Part shown: one piece after another, positions 9,027-17,877 of the stretch | Layout: every line of letters begins with the position of its first letter | Numbering within the stretch: position 1 is the first letter of the stretch | Sequence record: SRR16133337_22365 | Length of the DNA: 42,704 nt | Reading direction: 5' to 3' (one strand) | Translations under genes and position numbers: made by a program | The notes under the pieces: model-generated | What the model saw: only the letters and a program-made list of their open reading frames with translations | What the model was told of the DNA's origin: nothing | Database searches by the model: none

Positions 9027-9221
9027 TTAGTTTTGAACTGGATGTAAAGGTAACGGCATCCAGTGAGTAAACTGCCTACCATTACCATCTATTAGAGCTT
9101 CTGGTTTTTTATATTTAGCAGCGTAACCACTAATAAATCCACACTTAACACCAACGGTCTTTGTTGCAAATAAGTAATGACCTTCATCTGGAAGTTGGTC
9201 TTTTATATCAATCCACATCAC
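9027..9221 (-). CDS. DUF551-like protein
   Basis: WIDIKDQLP...FTHWMPLP signature. Confidence 0.8.
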   Translation of the reverse strand: MMWIDIKDQLPDEGHYLFATKTVGVKCGFISGYAAKYKKPEALIDGNGRQFTHWMPLPLHPVQN

Positions 9222-9239
9222 TCTTCTCTCTCTTGTTGT

Positions 9240-9494
9240 TTAGATATTTATCAATTTACCATTCATGTTTACGTACTTTTTGCACTTTGGGGTAATCTCG
9301 GACTCAAAGAAACCGTAAGACCAAAAATCGTCATGCCCACAATCTTTGCACTTTGTCCTTATGTCGCCACTCTCAAAGCTGCCAGATAATTGCTCATTGT
9401 TCATTGACCCGCAACTATTGCAACTTTCAGGCCTATGGTAGTGCGGTCTCATCTCTTCCGGTTTCATCACATCCCCTCCAAATAAATTAACCAA
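9240..9494 (-). CDS. Hypothetical zinc-ribbon protein
   Basis: CNSCG...CKDCG motif pair. Confidence 0.6.
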   Translation of the reverse strand: MVNLFGGDVMKPEEMRPHYHRPESCNSCGSMNNEQLSGSFESGDIRTKCKDCGHDDFWSYGFFESEITPKCKKYVNMNGKLINI

Positions 9495-9563
9495 TCTTGT
9501 GCGCTAGTGTTAAGCCACACTGAAAGCGCGACAAATGCGTAGGTTAGTTTTATCATGTGTTAC

Positions 9564-9764
9564 CTACTTACTCGCTAATGTTCTGTTGTGTACGGTTCGA
9601 CCGATGCCTTTTGGGTCGCCAAACACAGCGCCCATTAGGTCGTCTAGCTGACCTAGAAACTTACGACTCTGATTAACCTTTACTAGCTTGTCCTTGGTTA
9701 GTCTGTCTTGAGTTGCGCGTCTTGGTCGGAATTTATCAGTCACCCATTTACCATCTACGTACAT
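9564..9764 (-). CDS. Hypothetical protein
   Basis: ORF tightly packed in operon, GGAG RBS. Confidence 0.6.
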   Translation of the reverse strand: MYVDGKWVTDKFRPRRATQDRLTKDKLVKVNQSRKFLGQLDDLMGAVFGDPKGIGRTVHNRTLASK

Positions 9765-9765
9765 T

Positions 9766-9936
9766 TTAAATCTCCAGGTACATTAAAAGTTCATGCTCAT
9801 TATCGGATTTGATATCGACAATGCGCCAAGTTAAACCGCGATGTTTGAATGTTGCTTTGCTGCCGTATTTCTCCAAGACTTCTTGAACGTGGAATCTTGT
9901 TTTAGAGTTCTTCTTGAATCTGTATGTGTCTTTCAT
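9766..9936 (-). CDS. Hypothetical protein (56 aa)
   Basis: MKDTYRFKKNSKTRFHVQEVLEKYG...; TAATG coupling to upstream gene; below the ORF-track cutoff. Confidence 0.6.
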   Translation of the reverse strand: MKDTYRFKKNSKTRFHVQEVLEKYGSKATFKHRGLTWRIVDIKSDNEHELLMYLEI

Positions 9937-10316
9937 TAGCAAAACACCTGATTGATTAGTTGATCGTTTCTAGTGGCTTGGTAAATGCACACTTGTTGTT
10001 TTGGCTCTTTCTTCTTGCGGCTGCGCTTGCGAGGGGTAAAGAATCCGACCAGCTTATAACTAGATTTATTGCTCGACTTGTTTAGCACTCTAATGCCGTG
10101 AATCGTGTTTAGGTTTGAAACCTTTTTGATTACGTCGTCAGATGTAGTGCCAAGCTCTCTGGCAAGCTCTGCAACGCTTGTGTTTACGTCAGATAATGCA
10201 TTGGTGTACAGAGTTGTTAAAAGTTGCTTGGTGAGTATTGAGCGCATCTTTTTGCGTCTAGCGATAAATTCAATCTCAAACTCTTCTTTGGTGTTTTTGT
10301 GTAAGGTAATCATCAC
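9936..10316 (-). CDS. Putative helix-turn-helix DNA-binding protein
   Basis: SVAELARELGTTSDDVIKKVSNL HTH-like segment and basic tail. Confidence 0.6.
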   Translation of the reverse strand: MMITLHKNTKEEFEIEFIARRKKMRSILTKQLLTTLYTNALSDVNTSVAELARELGTTSDDVIKKVSNLNTIHGIRVLNKSSNKSSYKLVGFFTPRKRSRKKKEPKQQVCIYQATRNDQLINQVFC

Positions 10317-10326
10317 TCTTTCCTTA

Positions 10327-10530
10327 TTAACCTATTTGATATCTAGTTTCATCAACAGACATTATCGTCTTTATCTTTGCGCCAGCTTTGCGAAGGTTGT
10401 TAACCGTCCTAACTACCCCCTGATGGCTCTGTATGCGAACCAGAAGCATGAGTTCTGATATTGCGAACGAGCGTGAAGGGTTATCGTAAAGAAGCCCTAT
10501 AAGGCTACGCTGCTTGTTGGGTGCACTCAT
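10327..10530 (-). CDS. Small winged-helix-like protein
   Basis: SFAISELMLL...VVRTVNNLRKAGAKIKT...YQI pattern. Confidence 0.55.
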   Translation of the reverse strand: MSAPNKQRSLIGLLYDNPSRSFAISELMLLVRIQSHQGVVRTVNNLRKAGAKIKTIMSVDETRYQIG

Positions 10531-10979
10531 CGTTTAACTACCTTTGCGTAATGCTTTGCAACTAACTCATGAATAATAGTGGCCTTGCTTGGCTTTTTAG
10601 CTGGAGCCTCCCACTTGGCTAGTTCAACATCAAGAATCTCATCTATTAAATCATGCGTTGCTTTGTATAGATTTACTTGACTGTGATGACCCGCTGTTTT
10701 GATTTTCTTGTGATTAACCTTTGACTCGCCACTTGCAATCTCGCAAGCTTTTTCAAAATCAATTGAAAACCACTCTCTGAATATTGATGACTGCTTCAAA
10801 ATTTCATGGGCTTTGCTTTCTGTCGCGATAGGGTCGCCAATGCATTCGAACTTTTCAATCCTTGTGATTGATATTCCCATCTCGCTCTCTATTGTCTTTA
10901 ATATAACTTCTGGATTGTCTGACTTACCAATCTTGCAGTACCCAGACCCTGACTCCATTACGTATATGTAGCTAGGCAT
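10527..10979 (-). CDS. T5orf172/GIY-YIG-like protein with C-terminal ribbon-helix-helix-like region
   Basis: YIYVME...KIGKSDNPE...ESKAHE...REWF motif. Confidence 0.75.
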   Translation of the reverse strand: MPSYIYVMESGSGYCKIGKSDNPEVILKTIESEMGISITRIEKFECIGDPIATESKAHEILKQSSIFREWFSIDFEKACEIASGESKVNHKKIKTAGHHSQVNLYKATHDLIDEILDVELAKWEAPAKKPSKATIIHELVAKHYAKVVKR

Positions 10980-11109
10980 TTTCAATCTCCTTTTGAATCA
11001 AACCTCGAACAATAGCCGCTTCGCTATTTCCAGTGCGCTTCTTTTCTGCATCTAACCACTTACGCTGCTCTTGGGTTGGCTGGATAACTGGGATTACTTT
11101 AGCTTTCAT
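10972..11109 (-). CDS. Ribbon-helix-helix (Arc/CopG-like) regulator, 45 aa
   Basis: MKAKVIPVIQPTQEQRKWLDAEKKRTGNSEAAIVRGLIQKEIENA; GAGG RBS; first gene after the promoter. Confidence 0.7.
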   Translation of the reverse strand: MKAKVIPVIQPTQEQRKWLDAEKKRTGNSEAAIVRGLIQKEIENA

Positions 11110-11138
11110 GTTGAACCTCATTTCGTTTCGTTGAGCTA

Positions 11139-11222
11139 AATTTAGTTCATTGCTTTTATATAGTCAACATATAAATTAAATTCTTTTTTATATTGACACC
11201 AATCCACCCTTGATATTATAGT
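11139..11222. promoter_or_regulatory. Divergent sigma70 promoter pair
   Basis: Minus: TTGACT(11167-11162)-17-TAAATT. Plus: TTGACA(11193-11198)-18-TATAGT. Confidence 0.75.
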
Positions 11223-11259
11223 TACCCCATCAAAACGATAACGCATTAATGGAGAAAGA

Positions 11260-11451
11260 GTGATGAGTGATAAATTAAGCCTAACCAAGAAGCAGATTAA
11301 GCTTGTTAATTTAATGGAGAAGTGCGGATACCTTCGTGAGCATGAGATTGTTGAGTCTGAGTACCCGAAGAGTCTTGTTAGTGCGCTTATTGATAAGGGC
11401 GTGATAGCAAGAGTTATTGGCACTGATAAACTAATTTCAATGGTGGGTTAG
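11260..11451 (+). CDS. Hypothetical small winged-helix-like protein
   Basis: LTKKQIKLVNLM...LVSALIDKGVI; GGAG RBS. Confidence 0.6.
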   Translation: MMSDKLSLTKKQIKLVNLMEKCGYLREHEIVESEYPKSLVSALIDKGVIARVIGTDKLISMVG

Positions 11452-11530
11452 TTATGAAACTAGTGCCAATCAAACAACCAATAGCGCGCTCATACGGGCA
11501 AGTTTATGAATTGAGAAATAGGAAGGTGAA

Positions 11531-11938
11531 GTGATGAATTACGAAGAGATGAGTGACTTTGAGATTAATAAGCTGGTAGTTGATAAGCACTTACGCATGT
11601 TTGTTAATGAAAGCAAATCAAGAGGAAAGCTTGAAAGTGACGTTTGGGTTTTTGATTCAGAAGGATTGCCAAGAAACACGAACTACAACCCATGCAATAA
11701 CCCATCAGACGCATGGCCTATTATTGTTGAGAATAATATTAGCATGCTTGCTGATAGTGATTACACGCTAGACCGTCACTTACATAAGTTTAAACTTAAC
11801 TTTACTGGGCGTTATGTTGCAAGTGCATTTCCTGTAATGAGTGATGGATTCAATTGCGATGAGTTGCAAGTTGTAGATAAAAACCCACTACGCGCGGCAA
11901 TGATTTGTTTCTTAAAAATGAAGGATGCAGAAAAATGA
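11531..11938 (+). CDS. NinX/DUF2591-like protein
   Basis: MNYEEMSDFEINKLV, YNPCNNPSDAWPII and NPLRAAMICFLKMKD signature. Confidence 0.85.
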   Translation: MMNYEEMSDFEINKLVVDKHLRMFVNESKSRGKLESDVWVFDSEGLPRNTNYNPCNNPSDAWPIIVENNISMLADSDYTLDRHLHKFKLNFTGRYVASAFPVMSDGFNCDELQVVDKNPLRAAMICFLKMKDAEK

Positions 11939-12084
11939 GTGAAACAATGGCTGAGTTCTACGAAAGAAAGTGGATCGAGACAGGTGATTTGAATTACCTT
12001 GAGCTAGCTAATCAGCTGCGAAATAAGCAGGATAGCGAACTTAAACGAATTGCGGGAGTAGAGTTATATGAAGGTGGAAATTAA
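11935..12084 (+). CDS. Hypothetical protein (49 aa)
   Basis: ATGA overlap with upstream stop; MSETMAEFYERKWIETGDLNYLELANQLR... Confidence 0.6.
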   Translation: MSETMAEFYERKWIETGDLNYLELANQLRNKQDSELKRIAGVELYEGGN

Positions 12085-12340
12085 ATGGGTAAGTATTTAC
12101 TCACCAATTGGTGAGTGGCAGTTGGAGAATGGTGACAGGGTAAGTATTGATGGTGGATTTAAGTGTAGGAGTGGCAGTGCTGATCTTATTGTTGTCATGA
12201 CAAATTCGACCTCCCACCATGGTCATGGTGAACCGTCGATAATAGCACAGACTCCGATGTTTATTGATGCACACACATTAAAATTGGTAAACGTTGAAGG
12301 CCTTGTAACTGTTGATGGCGCGACCTTGCGAAAGGTGTAA
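12068..12340 (+). CDS. Hypothetical protein
   Basis: ORF packed in operon with GGAG RBS. Confidence 0.6.
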   Translation: MKVEIKWVSIYSPIGEWQLENGDRVSIDGGFKCRSGSADLIVVMTNSTSHHGHGEPSIIAQTPMFIDAHTLKLVNVEGLVTVDGATLRKV

Positions 12341-12342
12341 TT

Positions 12343-12480
12343 ATGGGTACTTATCACTGGATTATTGTTGTACTTGCATTCTTTATGGTTTGTGTAAATG
12401 TGAAAACGAGAAAGGACTTATCTTCAGTTCTTTGGCCTGTAATTGCTGCCATGTGGTGCTTAATGCATGCATTTAAATAA
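12343..12480 (+). CDS. Small two-helix membrane protein (45 aa)
   Basis: MGTYHWIIVVLAFFMVCVNVKTRKDLSSVLWPVIAAMWCLMHAFK; last gene before terminator. Confidence 0.55.
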   Translation: MGTYHWIIVVLAFFMVCVNVKTRKDLSSVLWPVIAAMWCLMHAFK

Positions 12481-12485
12481 AAACT

Positions 12486-12513
12486 AAGCCCCCGCACATG
12501 CCGGGGCTTTTCT
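12486..12513. terminator. Terminator between convergent operons, probably bidirectional
   Basis: AAGCCCC-CGCACATGCC-GGGGCTT with a T run on plus and an A run upstream. Confidence 0.8.
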
Positions 12514-12761
12514 TATGCATTCATCTGAGCTACATACTGACGCCTTAACTCCTTCATGGTTAGATGCATTTCAAGGCAGTCTCTCATGTTGTGAGTTCCA
12601 TCCTTGAAGTCTGAGCGCCTAGCCAATGGAGGGCATACGTTTTGTATGCCCACGCAAGGAGTCATGAAGAACCAGTTTACAAACGTGCGTCTTTCTCGGC
12701 CTGAGCCTTTTGCATGTTTTCCTTCATCAAAGAAACCTGACTCTTTACTGAGATAAAAAAA
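12513..12761 (-). CDS. Tail assembly chaperone -1 frameshift extension (gpGT-like; fusion about 190 aa)
   Basis: Slippery T TTT TTT at 12761-12755; -1 frame open to TAA at 12513, encoding ...VNWFFMTPCVGIQNVCPPLARRSDFKDGTHNMRDCLEMH... Confidence 0.8.
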   Translation of the reverse strand, partial: FFYLSKESGFFDEGKHAKGSGRERRTFVNWFFMTPCVGIQNVCPPLARRSDFKDGTHNMRDCLEMHLTMKELRRQYVAQMNA

Positions 12762-13084
12762 TCAGCGAGATTCAGACATACCGCCTCCGCAATTAGAGAG
12801 TAGTACGCGTCAATCTTGCTTTGGAAGTCACCTAGCGTGACTTTGGTTTCAGTGTTAGCGATGAATGCTTTGTATAAAACAATCTCCGCTACGTCACTTG
12901 TAAAGCCCTTCTCAGACGACATCAGAATACCCTTAACCAAGTCAGCGTTAACGTCTTCTGTCATAGTAGCGGCACACTGGTGAAGAATGCGAGCTGAAAT
13001 CATGCCGTATAGCTCAAATTGATTCTCGGCTGTTGCTTCAGCTACGTTTACTTTAACGCCGCCTGCATCGATAGTCTTAATCAT
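12677..13084 (-). CDS. Tail assembly chaperone (gpG-like)
   Basis: Follows the tail tube gene; NLADFF motif at the slippery site. Confidence 0.85.
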   Translation of the reverse strand: MIKTIDAGGVKVNVAEATAENQFELYGMISARILHQCAATMTEDVNADLVKGILMSSEKGFTSDVAEIVLYKAFIANTETKVTLGDFQSKIDAYYSLIAEAVCLNLADFFISVKSQVSLMKENMQKAQAEKDARL

Positions 13085-13497
13085 TAATCGTCACCGCCTG
13101 CAGTTTCATCCCAAACACCAAATGCCAATACGTAAGAGTCATCAGAGAAGTTAGCATCACCACGGTCTGATGAGCCTTTACCTAGGAACATGCCCTTTGT
13201 ACCAAGCTTGTTTTCTAGCGTTGAAACCTGAGTGATTGATAGTGTTAGGTTTGCTTTCTGTAGTCGCAAGCCTTGGATGTATGCAGAGTCTGGTGTACCT
13301 GGCGCCATATTTAAAGTCACCTGACGGCCTGGGTTAGTTCGATCGAATCGAATAACCGTACCACCAAGTCCGCGAACCAGCGCACCATCTGGGTCAATCT
13401 CTGAATCGTTAACCGGAATGCCTACGCCCCATTGAGTTAAGATTCGACCGTTTAGTGTCACTACCAGGTTGTCGGTAGAATAGTTTGAATCAGCCAT
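13084..13497 (-). CDS. Tail tube protein
   Basis: 137 aa after sheath; VVTLNGRILTQWG...RGLGG...NPGRQVTLN motif. Confidence 0.85.
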   Translation of the reverse strand: MADSNYSTDNLVVTLNGRILTQWGVGIPVNDSEIDPDGALVRGLGGTVIRFDRTNPGRQVTLNMAPGTPDSAYIQGLRLQKANLTLSITQVSTLENKLGTKGMFLGKGSSDRGDANFSDDSYVLAFGVWDETAGGDD

Positions 13498-13506
13498 TTT
13501 TAGCTC

Positions 13507-14637
13507 CTAGTAAATAGTTAGGTCAACAGGGACTTTGTGAATAGCGCCAGCACGGAAGATGCGGACAACCATTGGTGCGGAAAGTCGCTCTGTACGGTCG
13601 CCGTCACTGATATCCAGGATATCTTCTGGGCGTGTCAGAATCTCATAACCAATAGTGTAAGTAGTTAAACCCGTTTCAGGCTTGATGTAATTACGTGGAC
13701 CCAAGTATCGGTTTTCAAGGTACTGAACAAGAACCTGCTGTGTAGCTGTAATCTCTGCCTGTTGGCCTGCTGGTGTTTGAGGCAGTTTGGTTGGAGAGTT
13801 AGCTGTCACGTTTGTGATACTTACCTTGATCGCATTAATTAAAGCTGATGAGTTAAATACATCGTCAATCCACTCGTTATTAGCAGAGTGAGTTTTAGAG
13901 TTGATGTATCGATTTTTCAACTTCTGACCTTGCAAGTCGATATCCGAAATGAAACCAATGTTCTTTTCGATAAGCGCGTTTTGCTCAGTTGGCGACAGGT
14001 CTTGCGGTGAAGTATTGCCAATTACCTTGTATTCACCGGTAATTGTCGATGCTTCAACAGAGTAGTTTACCGTAGCGAACCAGTTAAGAATCGGGAATGA
14101 TGCGTAACGGTCTAAAGGGTCGTATGTTGAATGACCAAAGCGATAACCCAATGCGTCAACTTGAGATGATACTGTAGATGTATCGCCGATGGTCAGAGCG
14201 TTAACATCTGATTCAGTGTATGCAAACCAAGTTTCGTTTGAGTTATTCCAGCCCCAAGCTAGCAGTGTATCTGCAGCATCATCGAACAAGTCGATAGTAT
14301 TTAGAGTGATGAACCACCAGAATTTAGCGCGAGCCTTGGTGTAGGTGTCAACGTAACTAGCATCAGCAGTCGCCTTTACGTATACGCGCAATTGACGCGT
14401 GCGAGGGTCAGCACCTAGCCACTTATTAGCAGCCTTGTAAGACTCTGAAGTCGTAAGGAAGCCATCCTCTGCGACCGCTGAAGATGTTGTGTAATCTCGG
14501 AATGTATCAGGAGCAAAGCCTACAGGGGCCTCGGATTCTGGTACGAACAAAACAGCAAAGCCAAAGTTTGCTGTTGATAAGCCACCCGGAACAAACCGTG
14601 TGGTTACTGGAACTATGTTATCGACACTATAAGACAT
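13507..14637 (-). CDS. Tail sheath protein (DUF3383-like)
   Basis: MSYSVDNIVPV, ITGEYK, KLPQTPAGQ, RAGAIHKV motifs. Confidence 0.9.
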   Translation of the reverse strand: MSYSVDNIVPVTTRFVPGGLSTANFGFAVLFVPESEAPVGFAPDTFRDYTTSSAVAEDGFLTTSESYKAANKWLGADPRTRQLRVYVKATADASYVDTYTKARAKFWWFITLNTIDLFDDAADTLLAWGWNNSNETWFAYTESDVNALTIGDTSTVSSQVDALGYRFGHSTYDPLDRYASFPILNWFATVNYSVEASTITGEYKVIGNTSPQDLSPTEQNALIEKNIGFISDIDLQGQKLKNRYINSKTHSANNEWIDDVFNSSALINAIKVSITNVTANSPTKLPQTPAGQQAEITATQQVLVQYLENRYLGPRNYIKPETGLTTYTIGYEILTRPEDILDISDGDRTERLSAPMVVRIFRAGAIHKVPVDLTIY

Positions 14638-14679
14638 TTTTTAACCCTCGTGTGTTATTTGAGTATTATACCAAATTTA

Positions 14680-15225
14680 TTAACTAATAGGAGTGATGGA
14701 TATATCTTCAGCTATTACCTCTCCATTTTCATTTTGAATCTGAATTGGAACTTTGTAAATCGCGTTAGTATCCTCTTCATTAATCTCACTATACATTAGG
14801 GTTACATTTAACTGTGCCCTGTTCTCCCAATTCTCAGACTGAAGTGCATTAAGGTTGTTTACTGCAGAGCTCTTTAACCATCCAATTTTGTTTTTGTATA
14901 GTAGCTCGGACACGCTAGGAAGCTTATTAGCTCCAAATACCTTTCGAGCGTACATGTGGGCATTACCTCTATAGAAGTTAATTGAAACATCAGTCTGGCA
15001 GTTAGAGATAAGTTCATGTTTAACACCTACGTACCCCATGGTTTGGTCTGCATTTGACATCCTAACTGCTGGCTGACTTCTTTGCCCGGTAGTTTGAGTT
15101 ACTGATATCGCGCAGTATTCACCATCCGGAGATGGGGCGTTAGGGTTCGATCTGATTACGTTAGGAACTCCAGTGACCTGTAGAACAATCTCTCTAATTA
15201 CTTTGTATATCTCAAGGTTAGTCAT
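14680..15225 (-). CDS. Neck / tail terminator protein
   Basis: NPNAPSPDGEY, SINFYRG, NWENRAQ motifs; precedes sheath. Confidence 0.75.
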   Translation of the reverse strand: MTNLEIYKVIREIVLQVTGVPNVIRSNPNAPSPDGEYCAISVTQTTGQRSQPAVRMSNADQTMGYVGVKHELISNCQTDVSINFYRGNAHMYARKVFGANKLPSVSELLYKNKIGWLKSSAVNNLNALQSENWENRAQLNVTLMYSEINEEDTNAIYKVPIQIQNENGEVIAEDISITPIS

Positions 15226-15601
15226 TTGGCGCACCATCAATTAAACATACAACAATCTTAGCGTAACTTCTCCACACTCGGATATCTCCGCTAATTACCT
15301 TGTATCGTTCAATGCCGTTATTGTTAGCATCGAACTCCCAGAAAGCTTTCGGGCTTAATGAGTGGAAGTCTCCATCGTTAACGTAAATCTTTCGGTAGTC
15401 TAAAGTTCTCTCTCCACCAATCTGAAGTGAGTTAATTTCTCGATCGCTTAATGGCTGAATATTTACCGTGTAAGGTGTCGAGGTTTCAGCTCCGGGAACC
15501 CAAATACCATCACCATCGTAACCACCACCAGTCTGTGAAATCTGATTGGCAGGAATTGAAACGAAATCAGAATCAATGAATCCACCCATATCTAAACTCA
15601 T
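15218..15601 (-). CDS. Head-closure / head-tail joining protein
   Basis: GGYDGDGIWVPG, VNIQPLSDRE, DIRVWRSYAK motifs; synteny. Confidence 0.75.
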   Translation of the reverse strand: MSLDMGGFIDSDFVSIPANQISQTGGGYDGDGIWVPGAETSTPYTVNIQPLSDREINSLQIGGERTLDYRKIYVNDGDFHSLSPKAFWEFDANNNGIERYKVISGDIRVWRSYAKIVVCLIDGAPND

Positions 15602-16068
15602 TTAATACCCTCCTCTAGAGGCTCAGAAGTTACAGCGTAAGTTATTGAGCCAACCAAAGCACCTGTATCGATTAGCGGGTTTGAAGACTTTTTCTTTGCA
15701 ATCGTACTTGCTGCGTTAGGCGGGGTTTTTAGATCAACCATGTAGTTCTGAACCGATGCCTGAGCAATCATCCCGACCTTCCCTAGTGTCTTTTCGATAC
15801 CATCAATTGGAAGGTACTTGATAACCGCCTTGGTAATGTTAGGCCCGGCCATCTCAACGCCAGGAACCAAGAATGGACGCTCTGGAATTGTTGGAGTTCC
15901 GAACTCATGAATAGCACCTAATTGCGCCATGGTGATATCTTCACCCTCAACCATACCAGCTTCACCGCGAATGCCAACAACGACAGAGGGGGCTTCTTTG
16001 TACTTCTTAAGCTCCTTCTTAAGTTCGTTTTGAACCTGTTGAATGCCTTTGATGTTGGTTTTAATCAT
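15598..16068 (-). CDS. Neck / tail-completion protein
   Basis: AIHEFG, IPERPFL, PPNAASTIAKK, PLIDTG motifs. Confidence 0.8.
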   Translation of the reverse strand: MIKTNIKGIQQVQNELKKELKKYKEAPSVVVGIRGEAGMVEGEDITMAQLGAIHEFGTPTIPERPFLVPGVEMAGPNITKAVIKYLPIDGIEKTLGKVGMIAQASVQNYMVDLKTPPNAASTIAKKKSSNPLIDTGALVGSITYAVTSEPLEEGIK

Positions 16069-16433
16069 CCTTGGTAAGCCTCTGCCATTAAGCCTCCACC
16101 GCCGTACAGTTTGATATTATTCCAGAACTGAATGCCATAGGCTGTAGATGAGTAATCGCCGTAACCACCTTCACCGCCGCCAGCTACGTAGCCACCAAGC
16201 GACTCATCACCTACCGACTTAGATGTAACGGTAACAACTGCTGAACTTGAACCGGCGTTAGTTCGCTTCCAGATAGTTAATCTATGAGCCACAAATAAAC
16301 CTTGCAACTCATCCGTCATGCATCCGTATTGGTCGCCAAACTGACAAATAAAAAGGTCTAGGTATCGCTGAACAACGATATCATCAATAGTGCTGAACTC
16401 TGGATAGAATGCGCGAAACTCTGCAAGTGTCAT
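16065..16433 (-). CDS. Head-tail adaptor (DUF4054-like)
   Basis: FRAFYPEF, FVAHRL, SKSVGDES, TAYGIQFW motifs. Confidence 0.85.
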   Translation of the reverse strand: MTLAEFRAFYPEFSTIDDIVVQRYLDLFICQFGDQYGCMTDELQGLFVAHRLTIWKRTNAGSSSAVVTVTSKSVGDESLGGYVAGGGEGGYGDYSSTAYGIQFWNNIKLYGGGGLMAEAYQG

Positions 16434-16498
16434 GGTTAATCCTCTAATGCTTATTAGGTCATTATAACACCAATGAGCAATCTTAAAAAATAAGCTGA

Positions 16499-16582
16499 TT
16501 ACATATGCTGAAGTACAAACAAAACCGATATACCTAGCAATACAATCTTAATCCCTGTTATCTCATCGATGCATTTAATCAT
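16499..16582 (-). CDS. Small hydrophobic peptide (27 aa) with its own RBS and promoter
   Basis: AAGGAG RBS; MIKCIDEITGIKIVLLGISVLFVLQHM; upstream TGTGATATTCT extended -10-like site. Confidence 0.45.
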   Translation of the reverse strand: MIKCIDEITGIKIVLLGISVLFVLQHM

Positions 16583-16623
16583 GTGATTATCTCCTTGTGT
16601 TTTTATCAGAATATCACAGATAT

Positions 16624-16651
16624 AAAAAAGCCCACAATCAAGTGGGCTTTG
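16624..16651 (-). terminator. Intrinsic terminator after the capsid operon
   Basis: AAAGCCCAC-TTGATT-GTGGGCTTT followed by a T run. Confidence 0.85.
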
Positions 16652-16667
16652 TTCGTTTAAGTTATCA

Positions 16668-16847
16668 CTAAGCTAGTGTTAGGTCTTTACTTTCAACCCA
16701 CGCCATAGCAACAGGGTTAGCTTCAACCAACTTCAATTGCTCAGCGCTTAGAGTAACCGATTTACCCGGTAGAATCTTAACGCCAGCAACATGACGAAGG
16801 CCTTTTGTGTTGTTAGTTAGCACTTTCTCTTTAACAGTGTTAGCCAT
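16668..16847 (-). CDS. Small head-associated protein (59 aa)
   Basis: MANTVKEKVLTNN...; ATG 2 nt after the capsid stop. Confidence 0.65.
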   Translation of the reverse strand: MANTVKEKVLTNNTKGLRHVAGVKILPGKSVTLSAEQLKLVEANPVAMAWVESKDLTLA

Positions 16848-16848
16848 C

Positions 16849-17877
16849 TTATAGACCCTCGATAATTGTGATTGATAGTGGGAAGTAAGCAACTACGCCA
16901 GCTGTACGCATGCGTGCGTTGATGATTGTTACCAAGTTACGGAACTGAGGCGCTAGAACGTTGTACGGAAGTGGAGTTTCCATTGCAACTTTCATAGGGT
17001 CATTTCGGTAAGCTAGGATAACGTTAGTACCCGCAGCGCCAGCGCCTTTCATGTACGCTGAAGTTTCGATAGTGATTTCTGGGTAGTTCTGCTTGAAGCG
17101 TTGCATTGCAGACTGACCAGATGCATCAGCAAAGAACACGCTGTTTGCATACTCGTAATCACTTAGTGACATTACGTATGTATCAGGACGCTCGATTTCG
17201 TTTGTGTCTTCAGTTTGCTGAATGACAGGGCGAACAAGGTCAGCGTACACTTCAACCGCCGTTGCATTACCTGCTGGAGTATTCCAACGAGTGCCGCCAC
17301 CAGCTTTAGTTGCTGCAGTCTCTTTGGTTGCGTTAGGCGTAGTAAGCATGCCGTCTTGACCACCATCTGCATCACCTAGCCAGCCGATACGCTCAAACTT
17401 ACGTTCAGCTGCATCACGGTTAGATACCATCTTGCGAGAAGTAAGAGGGACGCCAGCCATGTTAGCGCGCTCTACGTCATTGACAGAGTAGTGAACAGCG
17501 CCGCCAAACTCAGCAATGTTTACAACTTCTTTCTCGCCTTTAACGTCAGTTACCGGCAAGTCATCAGCGTAGTTAGTGATTAGCTCAAACATACCAACTT
17601 GGTCAGCAACGATATAGGCAAACTCTTCCGCACCCGCTGGAGACTCAGACTGTTGAGGGATTAGACGTCGAGCCTTAAGCTCTGGGTAAGGGCGATCTAA
17701 AACTTGAGCGCGTAAGTGCTGAAGCTGTAGTGCGAAAATCATTGACTCGCCAGCATCCATACGCTTGCCTTGCTGCTCCATTGACGCAGTAATGGCGTTA
17801 GGTACAAAGTCCCAATCTTGAAGCTCTACACCGTTAAGGTGGTCAAAGCGAATTTCTTTAGTAAAGCTAGTCATCAT
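16849..17877 (-). CDS. Major capsid protein (DUF2184-like, HK97 fold)
   Basis: 342 aa; YPELKARRLIP, YADDLP, RTAGVVAYFP motifs; strongly biased codon use. Confidence 0.9.
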   Translation of the reverse strand: MMTSFTKEIRFDHLNGVELQDWDFVPNAITASMEQQGKRMDAGESMIFALQLQHLRAQVLDRPYPELKARRLIPQQSESPAGAEEFAYIVADQVGMFELITNYADDLPVTDVKGEKEVVNIAEFGGAVHYSVNDVERANMAGVPLTSRKMVSNRDAAERKFERIGWLGDADGGQDGMLTTPNATKETAATKAGGGTRWNTPAGNATAVEVYADLVRPVIQQTEDTNEIERPDTYVMSLSDYEYANSVFFADASGQSAMQRFKQNYPEITIETSAYMKGAGAAGTNVILAYRNDPMKVAMETPLPYNVLAPQFRNLVTIINARMRTAGVVAYFPLSITIIEGL

